DNA from: Nitrosopumilus sp.
GTDB lineage: Archaea > Thermoproteota > Nitrososphaeria > Nitrososphaerales > Nitrosopumilaceae
Length of the DNA stretch: 64,000 bases
Assembly (NCBI GenBank): GCA_965203315.1
Contig: OZ241857.1
Span: 960,001-1,024,000, forward strand
Direction: 5' to 3'
Of the stretch, positions 40,858 through 51,294 are shown in pieces (within the stretch, counting starts at the first letter, position 1; each line of letters begins with the position of its first letter). A program made the translations under genes and the position numbers. The notes under the pieces were generated by a model. That model did not search any database and had not been told where the DNA came from. It saw only the letters and a program-made list of their open reading frames with translations.

Positions 40858-41281
40858 ATGCAAGACGTCTGTGCACCGTCGTCTGATCCGAGTTGTTCTG
40901 CATAGGCTAAGAGCTGTGTTGCGATCCCTCGCCTACGAAAGTCTGGCGATACTCGCACGCCCTCAAACCACATCTGCGACTTTGTTGTGGAACAGTGACA
41001 TATGCCTACGGGTCTGCCAACATCATAGATCAATAGATGCCCATGATTCAGCCAGTGACCCCAAACCTGATCGATGTAATCGCCCCAAGAGAATGTATTT
41101 TGACAGAAATCTAGTACGATCGGCTCATCAGCAGGTACTGCTCTTCGAATCATGGGCGATCCCATAGGTACTAGATATTACGATAGAGGTTATTATTGAT
41201 ACTTGACTGTATATAGGGACGTGTAGGGCTATGCAGTCGATAAAAGGAAAAAATATTAAAGAATCACTTGTTGTATAACGT

Positions 41282-41590
41282 ATGGGCAAAATTATAGTCG
41301 GTAAGACATCTGATATTACAACTGGCAAGATGGTAAAGGTTTCAGTAGATGGGAGAGAGATTCTGGTTGCAAACGTTGATGGTACCTACTATGCAATCGA
41401 CGATACGTGTACACATGCAGGTGCAAGTCTTGCAGAGGGCAAGTTGGATGGATGTACAGTAACATGTGGATGGCACGGAGCACAGTTTGATTGCAAGAGT
41501 GGTAGTTTGACAAAGTTTCCAGCAAAGATCAGAGACTTGACATCATATGCAATATCTATCGAAGCAGAGGATATCTTTGTAGAGGTATGA
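41282..41590 (+). CDS. Rieske [2Fe-2S] ferredoxin
   Basis: CTH...CGWHG. Confidence 0.93.
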   Translation: MGKIIVGKTSDITTGKMVKVSVDGREILVANVDGTYYAIDDTCTHAGASLAEGKLDGCTVTCGWHGAQFDCKSGSLTKFPAKIRDLTSYAISIEAEDIFVEV

Positions 41591-41600
41591 GGCGGATACG

Positions 41601-41870
41601 ATGGTAAACGATGCACAAAACAACGAGTCGATGAATGAAGCAGTAGAGACACTGAATCAGATCGTAGCAAACAGTACTACACCCAGAACCATAAAAAAAT
41701 CGCTAACCGATCTTGTTGAGGAACTAAATAGTTCAGAGTATTCGTTGTCTGTTAGAGCTGCAAACGCAATAAGTATCCTAGATGATGTTACTCAGGACCC
41801 AAACATGCCATCATATGTACGAACTCAACTCTGGCAAGCAGTATCAAAGCTAGAGAGCATAAGAGAGTAG
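41601..41870 (+). CDS. UPF0147 family protein
   Basis: TPRTI...RAANAISILDDVTQDPNMPSYVRTQLW. Confidence 0.9.
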   Translation: MVNDAQNNESMNEAVETLNQIVANSTTPRTIKKSLTDLVEELNSSEYSLSVRAANAISILDDVTQDPNMPSYVRTQLWQAVSKLESIRE

Positions 41871-41880
41871 AGTACTTGGT

Positions 41881-42642
41881 GTGTATAGATTGAAGTTTAG
41901 TGAGTATCTAGATACGTTGCCATCAAATATCATTAGTGGTGAAGACGTAAAGTTACATTCTGGATCACTGCGCGATATATTCCGTTTGGTCGAGATGAAA
42001 AAGGATGATGTATTTTATCATCTTGGGTGTAGTGATGAAGAGGGATTAGAGATTGCTGTTGACGAGTTTGGAGTAAGAAGAGCAGTCGGAGTTGACAACA
42101 ATGAATCCAAGATCAAGTCTGCTAGAGAACGTTCTAGCATGAATAATGTAGAGTTGATATGTGATGATATACGTAATATCGACATATCCGATGGTACCGT
42201 CTTTCTGTTTTGGTTTACAGACGATAAAGTAATTGAAGACATGTTACCGAAATTTCTCGCATTACCAGATGGTTCACGTGTGGTTACCATTTGGGGTCCG
42301 TTATCAGGTTATCTACCAGAGAAGGTAAAGTTTCCATATGTCATGTGTACTGTACCATTCAAACAAGCTCCAAGTATGCGAGAACAATTACTTGCAGTAC
42401 TGGGTGTAGAGTGCGTAGATTTTATTACTGCTTGGGAGTTTGCAGAGAGATATACAAAGGCCATTGGTGATCCTAGTGTCAAAAATGATCGATTCTTGAC
42501 CATAATTCAGATGTTGGTGATATGGATAAACGCTAAAAACCTCGGAGTTGCGTGTGGGGATCAAATTCCTGAATCGATCAAGACGTATATCGGCATAATG
42601 AAGATGCACTTTGATATCGACTTTGAGTATCTGTTGAAATGA
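41881..42642 (+). CDS. SAM-dependent methyltransferase-like protein
   Basis: DVFYHLGC, AVGVD and DDI motifs of a class I MTase fold. Confidence 0.75.
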   Translation: MYRLKFSEYLDTLPSNIISGEDVKLHSGSLRDIFRLVEMKKDDVFYHLGCSDEEGLEIAVDEFGVRRAVGVDNNESKIKSARERSSMNNVELICDDIRNIDISDGTVFLFWFTDDKVIEDMLPKFLALPDGSRVVTIWGPLSGYLPEKVKFPYVMCTVPFKQAPSMREQLLAVLGVECVDFITAWEFAERYTKAIGDPSVKNDRFLTIIQMLVIWINAKNLGVACGDQIPESIKTYIGIMKMHFDIDFEYLLK

Positions 42643-42729
42643 TCTCTAGTACATTGATGTACCGATCAGATTTGGTCTAGGTTGAGATCTTTATGTAATC
42701 TTTTTATCTTATCTAGACCGATATAATAC

Positions 42730-43077
42730 ATGGAAGGAAGGTTAAACATCAACGTCTCTACAGTAGACTATGATAAGACGAGTAAGGCTTTGACCTATCA
42801 ACTTGCACTACTAGAAGAGATGGTTCATGGAGAGGACGAGTTTGTCATGACGGATTCAGAGTTTGCTTTTGGGTGGCACTTTTTTGTACTAGGCGTAAAC
42901 AAGTCGATGATTAGCAAGTTGGCCGAGATGATGGGGCCTGACTTTGAGAGGATCAAAGGCAAGGGAATGGAGAAAAAGTTCCTAACATGGTTGACAAACA
43001 AGATTGGTGATAAATCCCCTAGATTCAAACTTGCAATCAAAGAAGAGATGGAATCTAGCAAGTATGGGATATTTTAG
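42730..43077 (+). CDS. Conserved hypothetical protein
   Basis: 115-aa ORF with host-like codon usage. Confidence 0.75.
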   Translation: MEGRLNINVSTVDYDKTSKALTYQLALLEEMVHGEDEFVMTDSEFAFGWHFFVLGVNKSMISKLAEMMGPDFERIKGKGMEKKFLTWLTNKIGDKSPRFKLAIKEEMESSKYGIF

Positions 43078-43100
43078 AGCATAACGCACAAGCCAATTTT

Positions 43101-44843
43101 ATGTGGCATATACTAAAGATTAATATCATAGTACAATTGTTTATACAAACATTGCTAGTATACGAATTATATTTACAAAACAAAGATTCTGGTAGTGAGT
43201 CTGGAAAGGGAAATCCAATAAAAAAGATCTTTATCGACAAAGATGTTATCGAGATAGATGATACTCCAATAGACAAGTATGGCAAAGAGTGTACAGCAAA
43301 CCACATAAAAAATTGGCTACAAGAAAACTTGGACATGCCTATCGATATTAGAAGAGAGGTTGGCCTCCCAAACAAAATTGTTGCATCAAATGCAGCAAAA
43401 CCATATATCACAATATATGGATATATCAATCTGAACATCAAAGACAAAAAAGGTAAGAAAGAGATCTCGGGTAGAATAACACTAGGAGATAAAAAAAGAA
43501 AACCATATGCAGAGTTATCTTTTCCTGAAAAAGAGATAGAGATTGACAGTATCGACACCAAATTAAAAATAAACGACTCGGAATATTTTACATCAGACGA
43601 GGTCACACTATATGAGCAATATCACAAAAATCAGATAATTCGAAATGGAAACTTGCCGGCTGAGCTCTTTGAAAAGATTGCTCAAGAGTTTTTCAAGTAC
43701 ATTTTAGACAAAGAAGTTGAACCGCCCAATGGTAAAACTGCATTTCATTTATACATACTTCCAAATAATAGTCATATCAAATATGTACCAAAAAACCAGA
43801 AAAAAGACGAACCAGAAACGATTGATGCGTTTGGAGAAACAGGCACATGGTCCAACAAACGATCACAAGGCGTGACTTTTTTTTCATATGATGATAAAGC
43901 ATTTACTATCAACTGTAAGGAAAAAGAAGAATTTTATAAGAATGTTGGAATTAATGATTCATCATTGGAAAATATTTTTCTTCCTGAAAAAAATAAAATA
44001 AACATAGTCGGATTTGAGTGGTATTTTCTTAACGTAAAAGATCAAAAAGAGGTTTTTCAAAAAGGTGGAATTTATGAACAAATATATACAAACTATCAAA
44101 AACTTAAGCAAGACAACATAGAACAAAATGCGTATTGTAAAATACTTTGTGTTAAAAAAACGCAAGCAAAACGAGAAGTGTTGATAGACGAAAATCTGAC
44201 AATGGGCATGATGGATCAGATCTTTAAAGGTGTCACAGAAAAAGATCTAGTTCCGTCAGCATATGAAAGATTGATTGTTACTCGTAGAAAAAAATCAACA
44301 TATCGCTATTATATTCAAGCCATAAAATCGCTACTAAATCAGACATCGTTTGACCGAGAACAGTTGAATAAAATATTCATAGAACAGATTCGGATCAAGA
44401 TACGTGAGTGGATAAAGGCAAAGTCAGACAACGAGCCCATAGAATGGTTCAACCAATTCGAGTTTTGTTACAAAACATTAATATATACTGAAAAGGGAAA
44501 AGATATCATGGACTATGAAAAATTTGCTGAAAATGTAGGAAAAATGTCCAGAGAGTATATTACGTTTAGAAAAAAAGTTGGAAGCGACAATAATTCATTA
44601 CGAGATATTTTGACAAAGACGAAATATGACCGAGAAACACTAAAGTTTGTGGTAAAAACAATCTCAAGAGGCATACATTTGACAAATACAACTAATAAAC
44701 AAGAGTTAGAGAAAATTGACAATAAAATATCTAAATTGATGTCATCGTCACAGATCGATATTGATCAAAACAAAGACATTGTAAATAGAGACATGTCATA
44801 CTATTTTTACCTAGGCTATTTTAGGAGGCAAGAAACAAATTGA
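43101..44843 (+). CDS. cas8b: CRISPR type I-B large subunit (divergent Cas8b-like); true start uncertain
   Basis: First gene before cas7/cas5/cas3; helical C-terminus ending YYFYLGY. Assigned mainly by position. Confidence 0.7.
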   Translation: MWHILKINIIVQLFIQTLLVYELYLQNKDSGSESGKGNPIKKIFIDKDVIEIDDTPIDKYGKECTANHIKNWLQENLDMPIDIRREVGLPNKIVASNAAKPYITIYGYINLNIKDKKGKKEISGRITLGDKKRKPYAELSFPEKEIEIDSIDTKLKINDSEYFTSDEVTLYEQYHKNQIIRNGNLPAELFEKIAQEFFKYILDKEVEPPNGKTAFHLYILPNNSHIKYVPKNQKKDEPETIDAFGETGTWSNKRSQGVTFFSYDDKAFTINCKEKEEFYKNVGINDSSLENIFLPEKNKINIVGFEWYFLNVKDQKEVFQKGGIYEQIYTNYQKLKQDNIEQNAYCKILCVKKTQAKREVLIDENLTMGMMDQIFKGVTEKDLVPSAYERLIVTRRKKSTYRYYIQAIKSLLNQTSFDREQLNKIFIEQIRIKIREWIKAKSDNEPIEWFNQFEFCYKTLIYTEKGKDIMDYEKFAENVGKMSREYITFRKKVGSDNNSLRDILTKTKYDRETLKFVVKTISRGIHLTNTTNKQELEKIDNKISKLMSSSQIDIDQNKDIVNRDMSYYFYLGYFRRQETN

Positions 44844-45763
44844 TCAAATCTGAAATACTCTTCTACTACGAATCAAGACAAAATCCAAATGGGGATCCGG
44901 ACGCAGACAATCAACCACGGATTATGCATGATGACACAATTATCGTAACAGATGTAAGAATAAAAAGAACTATACGTGATTTTGCAAAAGAGAAACACGG
45001 TTATAAGCTCTTTGTAGATTATGGAAAAGATGGCAACCCGGTAAGAGCAGACGAACGAGCAAAAGAGATACGTGAATCTGCAGAAGATAAAACAAAAGGC
45101 TACATTGAAACACTGCTTGAAAACACATTCGATGTTCCACTATTTGGCGGTTTAGTAACAATACGTGGCAACACAGAAGATGAAGAGTCTGGAGCAGACA
45201 AAATTACTGGTCCGGTTCAATTTGCAATTGGGAGAAGTGTCAATAAAGTCAACATAATTCAACCATCAATCACTGCGAGATTTGTTGGGCGTGAAAAAGA
45301 AGGTAAAGTTCAGCACTCCACCATTGGAAGATTCTATGCTGTAGAATATGCGTTGCTAAAGATCATGGGGGCTATAAATCCTACAAATCTTGGAAAATAT
45401 CATAATGGATCAATTAAGACAAAATTTGAAAAATATGTTGACGAACTTCCATTGATATTATGGGACGGTACAAATCAGTTAATCACGAGATCAAAATATC
45501 CACAAAAAAGCATCTTATTCATCCAAGTTGATTACAAGGATGTCATATATAATGATCTAGGCGATCTAGTAGACGAAAACGATTCATTAAAAGATCGGCC
45601 TACCGAACTCGGTATCCAACCATTAAACTTTGATAGACTAGTATCAACATTAAACCAACGAAAAGATAAGATCTATAGGCTAAGAATAAAATCAATCGAT
45701 GACGTGAACATATCTACACTCACAGAGAAATTGGATAGCAGTATCACTGTTGAATTGTTATAA
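44840..45763 (+). CDS. cas7: Cas7 (Csh2-type)
   Basis: NPNGDPDADNQPR, VTDVRIKRTIRD, DVPLFGG and TGPVQF. Confidence 0.93.
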   Translation: MIKSEILFYYESRQNPNGDPDADNQPRIMHDDTIIVTDVRIKRTIRDFAKEKHGYKLFVDYGKDGNPVRADERAKEIRESAEDKTKGYIETLLENTFDVPLFGGLVTIRGNTEDEESGADKITGPVQFAIGRSVNKVNIIQPSITARFVGREKEGKVQHSTIGRFYAVEYALLKIMGAINPTNLGKYHNGSIKTKFEKYVDELPLILWDGTNQLITRSKYPQKSILFIQVDYKDVIYNDLGDLVDENDSLKDRPTELGIQPLNFDRLVSTLNQRKDKIYRLRIKSIDDVNISTLTEKLDSSITVELL

Positions 45764-46506
45764 TGACAAAGATAATCTCGTTTGACATAACTGGTCAATT
45801 CGCATCGTTTAGGGATCCATCAATCACATCAAATCAAACAGTGTACTATATACCATCAAAATCATCAGTAATAGGAATATTGGGAGCCATAACAGGTGTT
45901 GTTCGTAGCAACAAATTAGGTGATTTATACGCTAAAGAATATGTAGAATTTTTTTCTCAGATTCAAATTGGCATACAGTTGCTAAACAATCCAAAAAAAA
46001 TCACATATTTTACAAATTATCGTTCATTAAAAGATGCAAAAACAAAACCGGTAAAGAAAGAGATACTAGAAAAACCAAGATATAGGATTTATATCAAAAG
46101 TTCTACAGAAATGCTAGAAAATATAAAGCAAACCACAATAAACAACACATATCATTTTTCACCCTATCTGGGTCACGCATATTGTCCTGCAACAATAACA
46201 AACACCCAAATATATGATGCACAAAGAATTGATACTGTAAATGATGAAGAGACCGAATGTGTAATATTAGATGAAGCAGAAAATTTTAATGAGAATTTTA
46301 ACATATCGTTACAAATAAAATTTGATGAGGGCTCAGTTATGATCGAGCGACATTTGCATCATTTTATTAAAGAAAATCAATTAGAGAAAAGAGTCTTAAA
46401 ACATTGGGTACCCATAGAATCATCTACGTGCATCATTGAACAAATAGAGAAAAATACATTATCAGAATTTTATAAAATTGGTCAAAAGGTGTGTTGTATC
46501 TTTTGA
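45763..46506 (+). CDS. cas5: Cas5
   Basis: FDITGQFASFR, PSKSSVIGILGAITG and PYLG. Confidence 0.92.
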   Translation: MTKIISFDITGQFASFRDPSITSNQTVYYIPSKSSVIGILGAITGVVRSNKLGDLYAKEYVEFFSQIQIGIQLLNNPKKITYFTNYRSLKDAKTKPVKKEILEKPRYRIYIKSSTEMLENIKQTTINNTYHFSPYLGHAYCPATITNTQIYDAQRIDTVNDEETECVILDEAENFNENFNISLQIKFDEGSVMIERHLHHFIKENQLEKRVLKHWVPIESSTCIIEQIEKNTLSEFYKIGQKVCCIF

Positions 46507-48668
46507 CTTTTTTGTCACATTATGATATGCGATTAATTGATCATTTGAAAACAGTAGCAGATAGATCAGAAGAAATTGTAAAATACACTAAATTTGAATC
46601 GAGTAAAATCGCATACATCTCAGGACTTTTTCATGATTTAGGGAAGCTAAACCCGTATTATCAAAAAATGTTTGCAGAAGAACCTGGTAGAGAAAAAGAA
46701 GTAAAAAAAGAGCTAGGAAAAGAATATGATGAATTTCATTCGCCATACTCTCAATGGTTATCAAGTAAACTGCTTAAATCTACAGAGTTATCTGCTCAAG
46801 AAAAACAAATAATATTAATGATGATTTATTCTCACCACGGAGTCAAACGAAACAGCCTTGGAAAAGACCGCAATAGCGATAAAAGTCGAAATACTAAACG
46901 CCACATAATAGATAACTGGAAAAAATTTATAGAATTATACGCCAATACAGATGAGTTTAAAAAATTTAATACAAATATTGAACTTGATGAGCGCGATAAA
47001 ATTCACAGAGTTGGCAATTTAAAGGTGAGAAATGAACAGTCATATCTAGAAGAGTTCATTGAAATTTCTTATCTATTTTCTGCCTTATTACAAGCAGATA
47101 AAGGAAGTTTTAGTGACAGTAAACCAAAAAAAATCGATTTTTGTATAAATACAAAAAACTTGGAGAAAAATACCAAACTGGGAGACTATAGAACTAAATT
47201 TCAAAATCATGTATTAGAATCAATCAAGTCACATAATAGCCCAATAACTATTATAAATGCACCAACAGGAATTGGTAAAACAAAAGCATTTCTAGATATT
47301 ACCAATTATTTACTAGAACAATCATCAGGCATAGAGAGAGTATTTTATTTTGCTCCATTACTAGCTCTCACGGATGATTTTGAAAGTAAATTTAAAGAAT
47401 GCATACCAGATGAGAGTCAATGTCTTACATACAATCATATCTATTCCGGTACTCTAGATAAGAAAGATAATGACAAGCATGAAGAAAATAATGAACCAAC
47501 ATGGAAGTTTGATCAAGAAGCATTTAATGAGAAATTCATAATAACAACCATGCATAGACTTTTGATGACTATATATTCAAATAAAAACAGAGATAGTATG
47601 AAGTTTGCGTCATTAAGAGATTCTTTATTAATTTTAGACGAAGTTCAAACATTGCCAAAATTCCTCTTAAAAAATTTGTGCGAGATTTTTAAAATAATGA
47701 AAGACAAGATGAACACTAGAATAATTCTACTAAGTGCAACAATACCACATGAGTTATGTGGATTAGATACAATTAAAATGAATGAGCAAGATAAACATGC
47801 GTATCTTAAAACACGAGAACGTGAGATCATTATTTGTGATAGAGTAGATATTAGTGATATGTCACATGGAGCAAATTTAATCATGGTCAACACAAGAAAA
47901 GAAGCAGTTACAAAATTTGATGAAATGAAAACTAAGAGCAAAAACGTTTTCTATATTTCGTCAGGTGTGACTAAAGAAAAGCAGAGAGAGATATTAACAA
48001 AAATTAGAAAAGAAATAGATGAAAAAAGAGACTTTATTCTAATTGCAACTCAGGTAGTTGAATCAGGAGTAGATATCAGTTTTTCAAATATATGGAGACA
48101 GATGGCGCCTTTAGACAACATCATACAAATGATAGGTAGATTAGATCGAGAAAACGAAAATAGTGCAAGTAAGATGTACATATTTCCAGCTAAAAACTCG
48201 ACACCCTATTCTACACTAGAATTTCAAACCTCAAAAAAATATTTAATGAACATAAGTAATTCTAGCCAGTTGTACCAAATACTACCAGAATATTACAAAG
48301 AGATATCAATGGAGAATAAGACCCAGCTTGAAAACTCTATAAAATTAGAGAACAAGATTAAATGTTTGGATTTTAAAGAAGTGTGGAACATAATACATAA
48401 ACATCTAATTCAAGATTATAACGAGTCAGTCTATATACCAAACAAAATAGAGGATTGGGAATCAATTCGTGATGATTTACTATCTAACAAGAAACGAGAT
48501 CTCAGAAAACACAGCAAATTGATTGCATCACTACCAAAAAATCCATATGATATCAAAGATTTGTTTGATGAAGACTTGTTTGAGAAAAAGATACTATATC
48601 CTAAAAAAGATAAAGTAAAAGATCTATATGATGAACACATAGGGTTGGATAAATGGAAGAGACAATAA
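46491..48668 (+). CDS. cas3: Cas3 HD nuclease-helicase
   Basis: LIDHL, HDLGK, HHG, AD; APTGIGKT, DEVQ, SAT, TQVVESGVDI and QMIGR. Confidence 0.95.
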   Translation: MLYLLTFLSHYDMRLIDHLKTVADRSEEIVKYTKFESSKIAYISGLFHDLGKLNPYYQKMFAEEPGREKEVKKELGKEYDEFHSPYSQWLSSKLLKSTELSAQEKQIILMMIYSHHGVKRNSLGKDRNSDKSRNTKRHIIDNWKKFIELYANTDEFKKFNTNIELDERDKIHRVGNLKVRNEQSYLEEFIEISYLFSALLQADKGSFSDSKPKKIDFCINTKNLEKNTKLGDYRTKFQNHVLESIKSHNSPITIINAPTGIGKTKAFLDITNYLLEQSSGIERVFYFAPLLALTDDFESKFKECIPDESQCLTYNHIYSGTLDKKDNDKHEENNEPTWKFDQEAFNEKFIITTMHRLLMTIYSNKNRDSMKFASLRDSLLILDEVQTLPKFLLKNLCEIFKIMKDKMNTRIILLSATIPHELCGLDTIKMNEQDKHAYLKTREREIIICDRVDISDMSHGANLIMVNTRKEAVTKFDEMKTKSKNVFYISSGVTKEKQREILTKIRKEIDEKRDFILIATQVVESGVDISFSNIWRQMAPLDNIIQMIGRLDRENENSASKMYIFPAKNSTPYSTLEFQTSKKYLMNISNSSQLYQILPEYYKEISMENKTQLENSIKLENKIKCLDFKEVWNIIHKHLIQDYNESVYIPNKIEDWESIRDDLLSNKKRDLRKHSKLIASLPKNPYDIKDLFDEDLFEKKILYPKKDKVKDLYDEHIGLDKWKRQ

Positions 48669-49309
48669 ACATATGTTATTCTAAAATTAGTGTAGATTCA
48701 GACATTACACTTACAGCTACACAATTACGTTCATACATAGGATATAGATTCATTACAGATACAGAATTTCATCATCACGATGATAGACCATACCATTACC
48801 CACTAATACAATACAAGAGAGTGCGAGGCCAGCTATATGTTATGGGTATTTCGAATTGCTCTAGACTTGTGTTTGATAGAGTGTCAGGATTACAATATAT
48901 TGTACTTGCTAAAAAAAATATCCCTATTACAAATATTATATTTGAAAATACAAAACATAGGTTAACAGATGAAATCACGACATATTCATTTTCAAGTCCT
49001 TGGATTGCATTAAATACAGAAAACTATACAAAATTTAAAAATATTGATTCTCGATTCAAAAAAAGGTTTTTAGAAGATATTTTAGTCGGTAACTTGTTAA
49101 GCATGCTTAAAGGTTTAGATATTAGAATAAGTTATCAATTATATGTAAATATAAAATGGTACAAAGAAATACCCATTATTGCACATAAACACAGTTTTTC
49201 TGGATTTCATGCAAATTTCACAACAAATTTATCATTACCAAAATATATAGGATTAGGAAAAAGTGTGTCAAAAGGGTTTGGTATCATTCATAGACACAAT
49301 CAGGCATAA
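48653..49309 (+). CDS. cas6: Cas6 endoribonuclease
   Basis: FHHH...YPLIQYK, SPWIALN, and C-terminal GLGKSVSKGFG. Confidence 0.92.
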   Translation: MEETINICYSKISVDSDITLTATQLRSYIGYRFITDTEFHHHDDRPYHYPLIQYKRVRGQLYVMGISNCSRLVFDRVSGLQYIVLAKKNIPITNIIFENTKHRLTDEITTYSFSSPWIALNTENYTKFKNIDSRFKKRFLEDILVGNLLSMLKGLDIRISYQLYVNIKWYKEIPIIAHKHSFSGFHANFTTNLSLPKYIGLGKSVSKGFGIIHRHNQA

Positions 49310-49352
49310 AAAGTATCGACAAAATAATAAAGTAGTCAATACACCCAACAAT

Positions 49353-50333
49353 ATGATCATAGAGATTGCAACTCATGGATCTAGTATCAAAAGGAGACGA
49401 GAGAGATTTTTGATAAGGATCCCAGATCAAAAAGACTCGGAAATATCTGCAGAAAAAGTCAGTGCCATATTAATAAGCGCTAATGCTATGATAAGCACAT
49501 CAGCAGTAAAACTTTGTATAGAAAGACACATACAACTAGTCATAACAGGTTGGTCAGGTAAACCTATTGCACGAATGTGGACGAGTTCGCCTGGACGACA
49601 AACTCAAATTCGAAGGCAACAATATTTAAATTATGATACTCAATTTGCATTTGAAACAATCAAACAGATATTGATCGAAAAATTAGGAAGACAAAAACGA
49701 TTTTTAAGTGAATTAAAACGAAACAGAAAAGACGAAACAATTGTAAAGAATCTCTCAGAGGCGATAATTTTTTTTAATAAAATTATACATGAAGTTAAAG
49801 ATTCAAAATACAACAAATCATTCGCTAATAGCTTTTTAGGATTTGAGGGTAGTTGCGCAGTAAGATATTTCAGTATGTTATCAGCATGTTTGCCAAAAAA
49901 ATGGCGATTTTTAAAGCGAACACAAAATCCTGGATTAGATCCTTTTAATGCAGCTCTCAATTACATGTATGGAATTGCATATTCAAACATAGAAAAAGTG
50001 GTAGTATTGTCAGGTTTAGATCCTACTGCAGGATTTTATCATAAAGATAATTACGGAAAACCAACACTAGTATTTGACTTGATCGAACCATGTAGACCAA
50101 TAATTGATAAATCATTAGTATATTTGTTTAATCGACGTATTGTGAGAGAAGGCTGGTTTGCAAATTCAGCAAGTCCATGTACATATGTTGAATTAACAAA
50201 AGAGGGTAGATCTGAGCTAATCTCAACATATAGAGAAAATTGCCAGAAGAATATTGAAAAAGAGACGTGGAACAGATGTCAAAATCTGACAAAGTCACTT
50301 CTAGAACTTGATAGAGAGGTTGATATAAAATGA
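49353..50333 (+). CDS. cas1: Cas1 integrase
   Basis: GFEG, YF, DPFNAALNYMY, GLDPTAGFYH and LVFDLIEP; ATG 49353 preferred. Confidence 0.96.
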   Translation: MIIEIATHGSSIKRRRERFLIRIPDQKDSEISAEKVSAILISANAMISTSAVKLCIERHIQLVITGWSGKPIARMWTSSPGRQTQIRRQQYLNYDTQFAFETIKQILIEKLGRQKRFLSELKRNRKDETIVKNLSEAIIFFNKIIHEVKDSKYNKSFANSFLGFEGSCAVRYFSMLSACLPKKWRFLKRTQNPGLDPFNAALNYMYGIAYSNIEKVVVLSGLDPTAGFYHKDNYGKPTLVFDLIEPCRPIIDKSLVYLFNRRIVREGWFANSASPCTYVELTKEGRSELISTYRENCQKNIEKETWNRCQNLTKSLLELDREVDIK

Positions 50334-50626
50334 AATCAATTTACTATGCGGTATATGATATTAGTCAAGATGGCATACGTGAAACAGTGATAAATATACT
50401 AAAAGATGCTGGGTTGAGTCGAGTACAAAAGAGCGTCTTTTGTGGAATGATTTCCAATCAGGAGAAGAAAGATTTAGCTGAAAGAATAAAAAGAATAATA
50501 GACGCTGAGACTGACTCGTTTTATTTAATTATGAATTGCAATCGATGCTTTGAAAAAGTCATACTCATTGGAAACGACTTTGATCTTCAATACGTTACAA
50601 ATAGCAAGCCCTCAATGGTGTTTTGA
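50330..50626 (+). CDS. cas2: Cas2
   Basis: VYDIS and RVQKSVF. Confidence 0.96.
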   Translation: MKSIYYAVYDISQDGIRETVINILKDAGLSRVQKSVFCGMISNQEKKDLAERIKRIIDAETDSFYLIMNCNRCFEKVILIGNDFDLQYVTNSKPSMVF

Positions 50627-50627
50627 G

Positions 50628-51215
50628 ATGATTACGGTAACAACGGTTGTTGAGCATGTGTTTTGTCCAAAGTTCACATATTATGGTCAAGTCATGGGTC
50701 TAGAGCAATACGAAGAAAAGCGAGGCACTGTAATTTCCGGAAGAGAACATCATAGTAAATCAGAAAAAACAAATAGAAATTTTATCCCGCAAAATCTGCA
50801 AGGAGAGAAGATCACGTCCTTAAAGATGTATTCAAAGAAACATGGCTATGTTGGGATAGTAGATCACTGTGTAGTAACTAGTAACGAAGTAGTGCTTTTT
50901 GAGCGTAAATATACAAGCCAAGTAAAAGTTCATGATAGTCTCAGGGTCCAACTGGGCTTACTTTCAATACTACTAGAAGAGAATCTCGCCAAGCCAGTTC
51001 ATAGGGCATTTGTAATATTTACCAAAGATGACACCAGAACGCAGATCGAAGTAGAGATCGATGCTGGTATGAAAGAGTTTGCCATAGATAGTCTGAATGA
51101 TGTCAAAAAAGTTATCAAGGAGTCCCTACTACCAGTATCCCATTATGACAATCGGTGCGTAAATTGCTGTTATAACAAAATATGTGATGTAGGTTCATTA
51201 AATAGTCCAAGATAA
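50628..51215 (+). CDS. cas4: Cas4
   Basis: FCPK, GIVD...ERK RecB motif, and C-terminal CxxCxxxxxC. Confidence 0.93.
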   Translation: MITVTTVVEHVFCPKFTYYGQVMGLEQYEEKRGTVISGREHHSKSEKTNRNFIPQNLQGEKITSLKMYSKKHGYVGIVDHCVVTSNEVVLFERKYTSQVKVHDSLRVQLGLLSILLEENLAKPVHRAFVIFTKDDTRTQIEVEIDAGMKEFAIDSLNDVKKVIKESLLPVSHYDNRCVNCCYNKICDVGSLNSPR

Positions 51216-51294
51216 TTTTATATTAATGACATATGAAAACCAATATCATGTAATATTGAGCGTTGTTTAGGCATTTATAGCAAAAAAACGGGCT
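51216..51294 (+). promoter_or_regulatory. Probable short CRISPR leader
   Basis: AT-rich with TTTATA boxes. The adjacent repeat is perfect, whereas the distal repeat is degenerate. Confidence 0.6.

Larger units (their letters stand above)
38813..41165 (-). pseudogene. GNAT acetyltransferase split by an IS5-like insertion
   Basis: The 5' part has the GNAT motif EGVRVSPDFRRRGIA. Removing 39321-40857 plus one ATG copy restores the frame (...AQTSC-MLVESNN...). Confidence 0.92.
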
